In this document: in pieces, positions 1-8,149 of the stretch
Layout of the letters: every line of letters begins with the position of its first letter
Numbering within the stretch: position 1 is the first letter of the stretch
From: Acutalibacteraceae bacterium
Lineage (GTDB): Bacteria > Bacillota > Clostridia > Oscillospirales > Acutalibacteraceae
Length of the DNA stretch: 64,000 nucleotides
Reading direction: 5' to 3'
NCBI GenBank assembly: GCA_045591945.1
Contig: JAZNTU010000046.1
Location: 9,826 to 73,825 of the forward strand
Notes under the pieces: model-generated
Databases searched by the model: none
Told to the model about the DNA's origin: nothing
Seen by the model: only the letters and a program-made list of their open reading frames with translations
Position numbers and translations under genes: made by a program

Positions 1-114
1 TCCAAAACTTTTTGAGCATTTGCTCAATAAAAGTTTTCCCAAAAGAAATGAAAATTTCATTTTTTTACAGTAACAACATAATGGAAACAACACAAAAAAT
101 TTACAAATTAAATA

Positions 115-142
115 TTGAATATGAAAGCAATTGGTGTATAAT
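115..142 (+). promoter_or_regulatory. sigma-A-type promoter candidate for pdxK-trmL
   Basis: TTGAAT (115-120), a 16-nt spacer, then TATAAT (137-142). It lies about 28 nt upstream of the ATG at 171. Confidence 0.45.
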
Positions 143-170
143 GTTTTTATCAAAAAAAGGTTGTGATAAA

Positions 171-1019
171 ATGAATACACAAAAAAGACTTATAGCAATT
201 AACGATATATCGGGCTTTGGTAAATGCTCCCTTACTGTAGCATTACCGATTATTTCTGCTGCAGGGGTAGAAACTATTTGTATGCCTACTGCTGTGCTCT
301 CTACCCACACAGGTGGCTTTGAGGGCTACACATACCGTGATTTAACTGACGATATGCCTAAAATTGCAGAGCATTGGAAAACTATTGATATTAACCCCCA
401 TGCCATATATTCGGGCTTTTTAGGCTCCTTTGACCAAATAGATATTGTTAAAAAATTTGCTGATGATTTTAAAACAGAGAACAACCTTTTCATTGCCGAC
501 CCTTGTATGGCAGACCACGGCAAGCTTTACACACTTTTTAATGATGAATTTGCACAGGCAATGGCATCCCTTTGTGCTAAGGCAGATATTATTTTGCCTA
601 ACATTACAGAGGCCTGCTTTATGGTAAATGAAAAATATATTGACGGAGTACAAACAACGGAATACATTGAAATGCTTTTAAATAAGCTGCTTGATATGGG
701 TGCTAAAAACGTTATTCTTACAGGTGTTTGCTTTGAGGAAAGCAAGCTTGGTGCTGCTTGTATCGGTCAAGACAGAATACCACACTACTATTTTGAAAAC
801 CGACTTGAGGGTGCATACCACGGCACGGGCGATGTTTTTGCAAGCTCATTTTGTGGTGCAATCTTAAACGGCTTTAGCCTGCACGATGCAATGGCAATTG
901 CTGTAAGATACGTTTGCGACTGTATAAAAAGAACACAGACTATGGACAAGCCTATTAAGTACGGCGTAGATTTTGAAAGAGGCTTGCCCTACTACATAAA
1001 GGAACTTAAGCTTATATGA
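171..1019 (+). CDS. pdxK: pyridoxal/pyridoxamine kinase (ribokinase-like superfamily)
   Basis: ORF 12..1019. The family-typical N-terminus MNTQKRLIAINDISGFGKCSLTVALPIISAAGVE starts at the ATG at 171. The 53 upstream codons look like read-through of an AT-rich leader. Confidence 0.85.
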   Translation: MNTQKRLIAINDISGFGKCSLTVALPIISAAGVETICMPTAVLSTHTGGFEGYTYRDLTDDMPKIAEHWKTIDINPHAIYSGFLGSFDQIDIVKKFADDFKTENNLFIADPCMADHGKLYTLFNDEFAQAMASLCAKADIILPNITEACFMVNEKYIDGVQTTEYIEMLLNKLLDMGAKNVILTGVCFEESKLGAACIGQDRIPHYYFENRLEGAYHGTGDVFASSFCGAILNGFSLHDAMAIAVRYVCDCIKRTQTMDKPIKYGVDFERGLPYYIKELKLI

Positions 1020-1513
1020 GTGAATTAAACATTGTTTTGGTAGAGCCTGAAATACCACAAAACACAGGCAACATTGCAAGAACCTGCGCTGCAACGGGAG
1101 CAAGACTACACATTGTAAAGCCTATGGGCTTTGTGCCAACCGATAAGCATTTAAAACGAGCAGGGCTTGATTATTGGTATTTGCTTGATTTAACGTATTA
1201 TGAAAATATTGATGACTTTTTTGAAAAGAACAAGGATGGCAGCTTTTTCTTTTTTACAACCAAGGCACAAAAAACACATTCCGACGTTACCTACCCCGAC
1301 AAAGCATTTTTAATTTTCGGTAAAGAAACGAAGGGACTCCCTGAGGAGCTTTTACTAAAGCACCCCGACGAATGTGTGAGAATACCTATGATAGATGAAG
1401 CAAGAAGCCTTAACCTATCAAACGCTGTAGCAGTAGGTGTTTACGAGGCGCTTAGGCAATTCGGTTACCCCGAGCTACAAAATAAAGGTCAATTACATAA
1501 TTATAAATGGTGA
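1016..1513 (+). CDS. trmL: tRNA (cytidine/uridine-2'-O-)-methyltransferase, SpoU/TrmL family
   Basis: ORF of 165 aa with the N-terminus LNIVLVEPEIPQNTGNIARTCAATGARLHIV, typical of TrmL/YibK. Its ATG overlaps the pdxK TGA (ATGA). Confidence 0.85.
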   Translation: MSELNIVLVEPEIPQNTGNIARTCAATGARLHIVKPMGFVPTDKHLKRAGLDYWYLLDLTYYENIDDFFEKNKDGSFFFFTTKAQKTHSDVTYPDKAFLIFGKETKGLPEELLLKHPDECVRIPMIDEARSLNLSNAVAVGVYEALRQFGYPELQNKGQLHNYKW

Positions 1514-1530
1514 GCAAATAGCAAACTATA

Positions 1531-1570
1531 AAAAGGTCTGAAAAGCTTTGACTTTTCAGACCTTTTGTAT
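1531..1570. terminator. bidirectional intrinsic terminator between convergent trmL and tsaD
   Basis: Inverted repeat AAAAGGTCTGAAAAG (1531-1545) / CTTTTCAGACCTTTT (1552-1566), flanked by A and T runs. Confidence 0.7.
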
Positions 1571-1598
1571 TTAATATTTAAAATTTATCAGCTAATTT

Positions 1599-2609
1599 CT
1601 AATTTTTATCTATAGGCATACTTGCAACAGCATTAAGCGTCATATCTGCTGTATTGCCCTGTAAAAATTCGTAGTAGCCTTGTGAAGCTATCATTGCTGC
1701 GTTGTCACCACAATATTTAAGCTCAGGCATATAGAGCTTTACGTTTCTTTTTTTGCACTCCTCAGCCATAATTCTGCGAAGGCGAGAGTTTGCAGAAACA
1801 CCACCTGCAAGCACAATTTCTTTTGCGCCTATATTTTCTGCTGCAAGCATTGTGTGGGAGCAAAGTAAATCTGTAACTGCTTTAATAAATGATGCGCCTA
1901 AATCCTCAGGCTTTACCTGTTCGCCCTTTTGTGAAGCGTTGTGCACAAGATTTACTGCAAAGGTTTTAAGACCTGAAAAGCTGAAATCATACGGTGAATC
2001 TGCTACCTTTGGTGTTGGAAATTTATATTTGTTTTCATCACCGTTTGCAGATATTTTATCGAGATTAACGCCACCTGGATATGGGAGCCCTACTGTTCGT
2101 GCAGCCTTATCCATAGCCTCACCTGCAGCATCATCCCTTGTTCTACCTATAACCTCAAACTCTGTGTATGATTTAACATTTATAATATGGCTGTGGCCAC
2201 CCGACACAACAAGAGAAAGAAATGGTGGCTTAATTCCCTCATTGGAAATATAGTTTGCCGCAATATGTCCTCTTAAATGGTGAACAGGCACAAGTGGTAT
2301 ACCTGTTGCAAGGGAAAGACCCTTTGCATAGTTCACACCAACTAAAAGTGCACCTATAAGGCCAGGTGCATACGTAACGGCAATTGCATCTATATCCTCA
2401 AGGGTGCAATTTGCATCCTTAAGAGCCTTTTCTACAACACCACATATTGCTTCGGTATGGCGACGTGATGCAATTTCAGGCACTACGCCACCGTATATTT
2501 TATGCTCCTCAACCTGTGAGGCAATTACATTTGATAAAACCACCCTGCCATCCTCAACAACGGCTGCTGCTGTTTCATCGCAGGAGGATTCAATACCAAG
2601 AATTTTCAT
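1599..2609 (-). CDS. tsaD: tRNA N6-adenosine threonylcarbamoyltransferase (Kae1/Gcp)
   Basis: 336 aa. MKILGIESSCDETAAAVVEDGR, followed by the HHLRGH metal motif and GGVSAN. Confidence 0.95.
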   Translation of the reverse strand: MKILGIESSCDETAAAVVEDGRVVLSNVIASQVEEHKIYGGVVPEIASRRHTEAICGVVEKALKDANCTLEDIDAIAVTYAPGLIGALLVGVNYAKGLSLATGIPLVPVHHLRGHIAANYISNEGIKPPFLSLVVSGGHSHIINVKSYTEFEVIGRTRDDAAGEAMDKAARTVGLPYPGGVNLDKISANGDENKYKFPTPKVADSPYDFSFSGLKTFAVNLVHNASQKGEQVKPEDLGASFIKAVTDLLCSHTMLAAENIGAKEIVLAGGVSANSRLRRIMAEECKKRNVKLYMPELKYCGDNAAMIASQGYYEFLQGNTADMTLNAVASMPIDKN

Positions 2610-2614
2610 ATAGC

Positions 2615-3064
2615 TTAATCCTTTAAAAATTTAGTCATTAATATTGCTGATTCCCGTGGGCTTTCGTAAAAATCCTTACGGCAACCCACCACCTGAAAGC
2701 CTGCTTTTTCATAAAGGCTTTTTGCGCCCTCGTTTGATTGGCGCACCTCTAAGGTTACAAACTCTGCACCTTCGCTGATGCTCAAGGCTACAAGGTAATC
2801 AACAAGTGCTTTTGCAATACCCTTACGCCTGTAATTGGGGCTTACGGCAACATTGGTAATATAGACCTCACCTACAACATTATGTGCGCCTATATAACCT
2901 GCCACCTCGCCATTGCACAGGGCAATTAAAAACCTTGCATGCGGGTTTTCCAATTCCTCATTAAGTGCATTTTCAGACCAAGGTGTGCTAAAACATTGCT
3001 TTTCTATTTGAGCAAGTGAAGAAACGTGCTCACCTGCCATTTTAACAATAGTAAATTCCATCAT
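2615..3064 (-). CDS. rimI: ribosomal-protein-alanine N-acetyltransferase (GNAT)
   Basis: 149 aa GNAT with the acetyl-CoA motif RRKGIAKAL. It sits in the classic position next to tsaD. Its start overlaps the polA stop. Confidence 0.85.
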   Translation of the reverse strand: MMEFTIVKMAGEHVSSLAQIEKQCFSTPWSENALNEELENPHARFLIALCNGEVAGYIGAHNVVGEVYITNVAVSPNYRRKGIAKALVDYLVALSISEGAEFVTLEVRQSNEGAKSLYEKAGFQVVGCRKDFYESPRESAILMTKFLKD

Positions 3065-5670
3065 TTTGTATCATACCAGGTTTTCCCACAGGCAACCTCA
3101 ACTGTAAACGGCACCACCATTTGGCAGGCTGTTTCCATTGTTTGCTTAAGGAGCTCTGCCACCTGCTGTGCCTGTGCCTCAGGTGCTTCTATAATAAGCT
3201 CATCGTGCACCTGCATTATAAGGTGGGCTTGTGGAAATTCTTCCTTTAAACGGGCGTAAACCTTTATCATTGCAAGCTTAATAATATCTGCTGCTGTGCC
3301 CTGAATAGGCATATTCATAGCAACCCTTTCGCCAAAACTTCGGCGAATTGCATTTGATTCATTAAGTTCGGGTAAATATCTTCTTCTGCCAAAGTAGGTT
3401 TGGGCATAGCCCTTTTCCTTTGCAGATGCCTTTGCATTCTCCATAAAGGCTGCAACACCCGAATAATTTGCAAGGTAGCCCTTTATATATCGGTCTGCCT
3501 CTTGTACAGAGGTGCCGATATCCTGCGAAAGAGAAAATGCGCCTATACCGTAAACAATACCAAAATTAACTGCCTTTGCCTTGCGCCTGTCGGCAGAGGT
3601 TACTTCCTCAAGAGGTATACCCATTACCTGTGATGCCGTAACAGAGTGTATATCCACACCGTTTATAAAGGCATCTATCATATTTTTATCGTTTGCAAGG
3701 GCTGCAAGCACACGCAATTCAATTTGCGAATAGTCGGCATCTACAAGAAGGTAGCCATCCTTAGCAACAAAGAATCTTCTTAGCTCTCTGCCCTGCTCTG
3801 TACGTACAGGAATATTTTGCAAATTAGGCTCTGCAGATGAAATTCTGCCTGTACGGGTTTCGGTTTGGTTAAGGGTTGAGTGTATTCTTCCGTCGTTATC
3901 TATAACCTTTAAAAGGCCCTCACAATAGGTTGATTTAAGCTTTGCTAAAGCCCTGTATTCAAGAATAACATTTATAATAGGATGCTTATCCCTTAAAGAC
4001 TCTAAAACCTCGGCATTAGTGGAATAGCCACTTTTTGTTTTCTTTTTATGTGGAAGGTTTAATTTATCCTCATCAAAAAGAATTTCGCTAAGCTGCTTTG
4101 GTGAGTTAAGGTTAAATTCGCACCCTGCCATTTGGTAAACTGTTGCAAGGCACTCCTCAAGGCGAGCAGATATTTTTTCGTTATACTGTTCAATACCCTC
4201 TCTATCCACAAGGAAGCCTTCACGCTCCATAGCTGCAAGCACCCTTGCAAGTGGAAGCTCAATTTCTTCTAAAAGCTTTGTTTGCTGTTTTTCTTCAATA
4301 GCTGCAGAAAGCTTTATGCTTAAAGCTTCTATAACAGCTGCGCTATGCACATAGTTTTTTTCTGTTTCGTAAAAATCTGCCAACTCACCTGCATTAATTT
4401 TTACTGCGCCTATTGAGTAAACTGCTGCCAAGGCAGGTACAGAATAATCACTTGAATTAGGGTTTAAAAGGTAGGCTGCAAGTGATGTATCAAGCTTTAC
4501 TGCATTTAGCTCAATACCACTTGAATCGCAAAAGCTGTAAAGCCTTTTTGAATCATCGGTATATTTTTCTATAGCGCTATCACCAAAAAGCTGTGAAACA
4601 AAGTCTACAAACATAAAGTCATTATTTAATGCTAACTGTACACCCTCTGCTGTTTTAAAAAGGATATACTCTATTCCACAATCGTTATATTTTACAGTAA
4701 AATAAGCCTTACCTGCTGATTTTAAATCACCGAGCAGCTTTTGATAATCATCTGCATAAGAAAGAGATATTTCTTTTGCGCCCTGCTCTGCTACTGCTTC
4801 GGCTTCTTGGAAATTTAACCTCTTTAATATTTTAAACATTTCAAGTGACGTTAAAAGCTTTGTAGCCTTTTGAACATCAGGCTCTTTTATAAGGTAAGAT
4901 GCAATATTTGTATCTATAGGTGCTTCAAGGCAAATTGTGCCTAAGGATTTGCTTAAAAAGGCATTTTCCTTTGATGCTTCAAGCTTAACCTTCATACCCG
5001 GCTTTATATCAAGCTCCTCTAAATGCTCATAAATATATTCTATAGAGTGGTATTTTTGAATAAGCTCCTGCGCTCCCTTTTCGCCAATACCTGCAACACC
5101 GGGAATATTATCGGAGGTATCGCCCTGTATAGCCTTAATATCTATAAGCTCCTCGGGTGTAACGCCGTACACCTCATTAATTTTTGCCCTATCGTACACA
5201 ACGGTTGTTGACTTGCCCATTTTTGTAGTGGCAAGTAAAACGTTAACGTTATCTCTTACAAGCTGTAGGCTATCTCTATCACCTGTTAAAACGTAGCAAA
5301 AATCATCTGCAGCACAGGCGTGTGAAAGTGTACCTAAAATATCGTCTGCCTCGTAGCCAGGCTTTTCAATAACGGCTATGCCTATGCACTGCAGTAATTC
5401 CTTAAGTGTGGGAAATTGCTCTATAAGCTCCTGTGGAGCAGGCTTACGTGTGCCCTTGTACTCACCGTACATTTCGTGGCGAAAGGTTGGATGGTGCACA
5501 TCAAATGCAACAGCAACGCATTCAGGCTTATGCTCCTCTAAAAGGCCTAAAAGTATATTCATAAAGCCGAATATACCGTTTGTAAACTTGCCGTCCTTAG
5601 TTGTAAGCATACGTATGCCGTAAAATGCTCTATTTAATATTGAGTTTCCGTCAATTACAAGTACCTTCAT
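3061..5670 (-). CDS. polA: DNA polymerase I
   Basis: 869 aa. It has an N-terminal 5'-nuclease region, and the C-terminal family-A motifs DYSQIELRVLA, RRKAKAVNFGIVYG and QVHDEL. A GAGG RBS precedes the ATG. Confidence 0.97.
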   Translation of the reverse strand: MKVLVIDGNSILNRAFYGIRMLTTKDGKFTNGIFGFMNILLGLLEEHKPECVAVAFDVHHPTFRHEMYGEYKGTRKPAPQELIEQFPTLKELLQCIGIAVIEKPGYEADDILGTLSHACAADDFCYVLTGDRDSLQLVRDNVNVLLATTKMGKSTTVVYDRAKINEVYGVTPEELIDIKAIQGDTSDNIPGVAGIGEKGAQELIQKYHSIEYIYEHLEELDIKPGMKVKLEASKENAFLSKSLGTICLEAPIDTNIASYLIKEPDVQKATKLLTSLEMFKILKRLNFQEAEAVAEQGAKEISLSYADDYQKLLGDLKSAGKAYFTVKYNDCGIEYILFKTAEGVQLALNNDFMFVDFVSQLFGDSAIEKYTDDSKRLYSFCDSSGIELNAVKLDTSLAAYLLNPNSSDYSVPALAAVYSIGAVKINAGELADFYETEKNYVHSAAVIEALSIKLSAAIEEKQQTKLLEEIELPLARVLAAMEREGFLVDREGIEQYNEKISARLEECLATVYQMAGCEFNLNSPKQLSEILFDEDKLNLPHKKKTKSGYSTNAEVLESLRDKHPIINVILEYRALAKLKSTYCEGLLKVIDNDGRIHSTLNQTETRTGRISSAEPNLQNIPVRTEQGRELRRFFVAKDGYLLVDADYSQIELRVLAALANDKNMIDAFINGVDIHSVTASQVMGIPLEEVTSADRRKAKAVNFGIVYGIGAFSLSQDIGTSVQEADRYIKGYLANYSGVAAFMENAKASAKEKGYAQTYFGRRRYLPELNESNAIRRSFGERVAMNMPIQGTAADIIKLAMIKVYARLKEEFPQAHLIMQVHDELIIEAPEAQAQQVAELLKQTMETACQMVVPFTVEVACGKTWYDTK

Positions 5671-5677
5671 AATTACC

Positions 5678-6703
5678 TCACAAATTGAGTGTTTCTAACG
5701 TTACAAAATGGTAGCTGTTTTGCTTAAGATAGTTTTCTTCGCTTAAGGCTCTTAAACAGCCAAGTGCAGCTGCATCCGTTACGTTACCCGGAATGTGCAC
5801 CTTTATACCAGTTGCTTCCTCTATGTATTTATCAAGACCGTACATATTTGAAACACCACCACAAAGGAAAATACCATCATCTGTAATATCCTTTACAAGC
5901 TCGGGTGGAGTTATTTCTAACACACCTACAATAACCTTGCTAATTTCATCAATAATATCTCGCAGGGCGTAGTTGATTTCTTGTGCAGTTACCTCAAAAA
6001 ACTGTGGCATACCATCGCCCATATCCTTACCCTTTGCAACGGCTGCAATTGCCTCGGAGCGTACCTTTGCGCCTGCAAGGGTATGCTTTAGCTCTCTGGC
6101 TGTAAGCCTGCCTACTGCAATACCTTTTACTGCTTTAAGATAATCTTTAATTTTTTTATCCATATTGTTGCCACCAACAGGGGCGCTTTTTGCTACTGCT
6201 ATGCTACCCATTGTAACAACGGCAACGCTTGTAGTACCTGCACCAACGTTAACTATCATTGTGCCGTAGGGCTTATCCAGCATAACGCCTATACCAAGGG
6301 CTGCTGCAAGTGGCTCCTCTATAAGAGTGGCTCTGCCTGCACCTGCACGGAGCACACAGCCTAAAATATTACGCTTTTCAAGGTTTGTGATGCCTGCAGG
6401 CATAGTTGCAACTACAGTAGGCTTAAATATTTTATTTTTACAAATGCGCTCCAAAAAAACTCTTAAAAGCTTTTCGGTATTTTCAAGCTCGGAAACACCA
6501 CCACTTAAAATCGGCTTAACAAGCTTAATAGCATCGGGACAACGTCCTGTCATCTCTAAAGCCTTGTGCCCTGTTTCAAGCACCTCACCTGTTTCACGCT
6601 CAAGGGCAATTGCTGCAGGCTCGCACAAAACTATGCCCTTGCCCTCTACTGCGGCAGTAATGTTGCCTGTGCCTATATCAAGCCCTATTTTAAGACCTAC
6701 CAT
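5678..6703 (-). CDS. MreB/Mbl-family actin-like ATPase (divergent paralog)
   Basis: ORF 5678..6775. The ATG at 6703 is preceded by AGAGGTG. Actin-fold motifs are GLDIGTGNI, VNVGAGTTSVAVV and LCGGVS. No mreC or mreD follows. Confidence 0.8.
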   Translation of the reverse strand: MVGLKIGLDIGTGNITAAVEGKGIVLCEPAAIALERETGEVLETGHKALEMTGRCPDAIKLVKPILSGGVSELENTEKLLRVFLERICKNKIFKPTVVATMPAGITNLEKRNILGCVLRAGAGRATLIEEPLAAALGIGVMLDKPYGTMIVNVGAGTTSVAVVTMGSIAVAKSAPVGGNNMDKKIKDYLKAVKGIAVGRLTARELKHTLAGAKVRSEAIAAVAKGKDMGDGMPQFFEVTAQEINYALRDIIDEISKVIVGVLEITPPELVKDITDDGIFLCGGVSNMYGLDKYIEEATGIKVHIPGNVTDAAALGCLRALSEENYLKQNSYHFVTLETLNL

Positions 6704-6739
6704 TGCTACACCTCTTTTCAATATAACGATTATAGTTAG

Positions 6740-6913
6740 TCGAAACAGTGTAAAATTACACTGTTTCGATACCAAATTATGGTTTGGTATCGAATTTTCT
6801 TCGAAAATTCGACTATAATCCTTTCAATGAGTGTAATGCAAAATTGTATTTATAAAAAACAATTTTGCTAAAAGCCGATAAAATCGGCTTTTGCGAAACG
6901 CGACTGCGTTTCG
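6740..6913. promoter_or_regulatory. array of six consecutive, non-identical perfect hairpins/palindromes in the mreB-like/WYL intergenic region
   Basis: H1 6740-6769 TCGAAACAGTGTAA..TTACACTGTTTCGA. H2 6769-6790 ATACCAAA/TTTGGTAT. H3 6790-6812 TCGAATTTTC/GAAAATTCGA. H4 6838-6868 GCAAAATTGT/ACAATTTTGC. H5 6870-6892 AAAAGCCGAT/ATCGGCTTTT. H6 6894-6913 CGAAACGC/GCGTTTCG. Confidence 0.6.
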
Positions 6914-6960
6914 ACAAATTACAATCATTATAAAAGCTACAGTATATTATTTATCATTTT

Positions 6961-6989
6961 ATTATACACCTATCCACTGTTTTTGTAAA
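6961..6989 (-). promoter_or_regulatory. near-consensus sigma-A promoter reading toward the hairpin array and the mreB-like gene
   Basis: On the minus strand: TTTACA (6984-6989), a 17-nt spacer, then TATAAT (6961-6966). It lies about 250 nt upstream of the ATG at 6703. Confidence 0.5.
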
Positions 6990-7031
6990 TAAAAAAGAAA
7001 TAATATGTAATATATAACGTGGTTTATTATA

Positions 7032-7060
7032 TTTACAAAAAATTATTAGTATAGTACAAT
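7032..7060 (+). promoter_or_regulatory. promoter candidate for the WYL regulator gene
   Basis: TTTACA (7032-7037), a 17-nt spacer, then TACAAT (7055-7060). It lies 42 nt upstream of the ATG at 7102. Confidence 0.45.
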
Positions 7061-7071
7061 GTATAGTACAA
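7050..7071 (+). repeat. tandem direct repeat TATAGTACAA x2 overlapping the -10/TSS of the WYL gene promoter (candidate operator)
   Basis: TATAGTACAA at 7050-7059 and again at 7062-7071, a 12-nt period. Confidence 0.5.
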
Positions 7072-7101
7072 AGAAAATATTTGTGTATAAGGAGTGTTTA
7101 T

Positions 7102-8103
7102 ATGGCAGGCGTGAAAAACTCAAAGCTTAAGCTTTTATACTTGGCAGAAATATTTGAAAAGAAAACAGACGAAAATCACTACATAACAGCAACACAGCTT
7201 TGCGAGGAGCTGCAAAAAATAGGCATACAGGCAGAAAGAAAATCTATTTATAAGGATATTGAAATACTTAGGGAATACGGCTACGATATTATTCACGAGG
7301 GCTCAAGAAATACAGGCGGCTACTTTTTAGGCGCAAGAAAATTTGAGCTTGCAGAAATTCGACTTTTATCGGATGCTGTGCAGGCTGCAAACTTTATTTC
7401 GCAAAAGAAAACTAACCAGTTGCTTACAAAAATTGAAAGTTTTGTTAGTGAAAAGCAGGCAAAGGTTTTACATTCGCAGGTTTACGTTGACAACAGACCA
7501 AAATGCAAAAACGAAGAAATATTTTACACCATTAGTCTTTTGGATGAGGCAATTACAAAGGGTGTTAAGGTTACCTTTACATACACAAGGCGCAAAATAA
7601 CAGAGGAATTTAAAACAGCTACAGAGGACAAAACCTTTACTGTTAGCCCCTATGCCCTTATATGGTCTGACGACCACTACTACGTTGTGTGCAACAACGA
7701 AAAATACGACAATCTTATGCATTTAAGAATAGACAGAATCAAGCACCTTTCCCCCACTAAAAATAAGGCAAGGCATTTTTCGGAGGTTTCAGAGTACAGA
7801 AACAGCTTTGATTCTGCCGACTATGCTTCAAAGCTTTTTAATATGTACAGTGGTGAGCAAAAGCCTGTGGAGCTTATTTGCCGAAACGATTTGCTTGAAA
7901 CAATGCTTGACAGATTCGGCGAAAGGGTTAAGGTACAAAAGGTTGACAGCGACCACTTTTTGCTACGCACAAATGCTGCAGTAAGTGAAGGTCTTGCAGC
8001 CTGGGTGCTTCAGTTTGGCGGCAGGGTTACAGTTAAAATGCCAAATGAGCTTATAAACTCCGTTAAGCAAAAGGCTGAGGAGATACTTAAGAAATATGAA
8101 TAA
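7102..8103 (+). CDS. HTH + WYL-domain transcriptional regulator
   Basis: The ORF track starts at the TTG at 7081, but the ATG at 7102 is preceded by AAGGAG (7089-7094). It has an N-terminal winged-HTH (ITATQLCEELQKIGIQAERKSIYKDIEILREYGYDI). The central WYL-like segment is FTVSPYALIWSDDHYYVVCNNEKYDNLMHLRIDRI, and the protein has a C-terminal extension. Confidence 0.8.
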   Translation: MAGVKNSKLKLLYLAEIFEKKTDENHYITATQLCEELQKIGIQAERKSIYKDIEILREYGYDIIHEGSRNTGGYFLGARKFELAEIRLLSDAVQAANFISQKKTNQLLTKIESFVSEKQAKVLHSQVYVDNRPKCKNEEIFYTISLLDEAITKGVKVTFTYTRRKITEEFKTATEDKTFTVSPYALIWSDDHYYVVCNNEKYDNLMHLRIDRIKHLSPTKNKARHFSEVSEYRNSFDSADYASKLFNMYSGEQKPVELICRNDLLETMLDRFGERVKVQKVDSDHFLLRTNAAVSEGLAAWVLQFGGRVTVKMPNELINSVKQKAEEILKKYE

Positions 8104-8107
8104 AATT

Positions 8108-8142
8108 AAAACTCTCAAGGAGCTAATCCTTGAGAGTTTTTT
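8108..8142. terminator. bidirectional intrinsic terminator between the WYL gene and purL
   Basis: AAAACTCTCAAGG (8108-8120) / CCTTGAGAGTTTT (8128-8140), with A and T runs on both sides. Confidence 0.7.
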
Positions 8143-8149
8143 AATGTAA

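Noticed and set aside
12-27. Palindrome TTGAGCA-TT-TGCTCAA at the window edge.
   Set aside because: It has 7-bp arms with a 2-nt spacer, and the context upstream of the window is unknown. It could be an operator or chance, so it is not interpretable here.
12-170. N-terminal extensions in the ORF track: pdxK 12..170, mreB-like 6704..6775, WYL 7081..7101, purO 15036..15056, pyrC 27979..28113, M14 34096..34161, ABC ATPase 45546..45605, PBP 47087..47095, the small membrane protein 57000..57053, the lyase 58181..58195, and the paralog 61160..61219.
   Set aside because: In each case an internal start with a proper Shine-Dalgarno sequence coincides with the conserved family N-terminus or signal peptide. 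Several of the extensions use TTG or GTG starts or run through promoters or terminators.
7102-8103. The idea that the WYL regulator marks a phage-defence island (BREX, CBASS or CRISPR-like context).
   Set aside because: The flanking genes are polA/mreB-like on one side and purL on the other. No nuclease, methylase, helicase, cyclase or Cas-like ORFs lie nearby.
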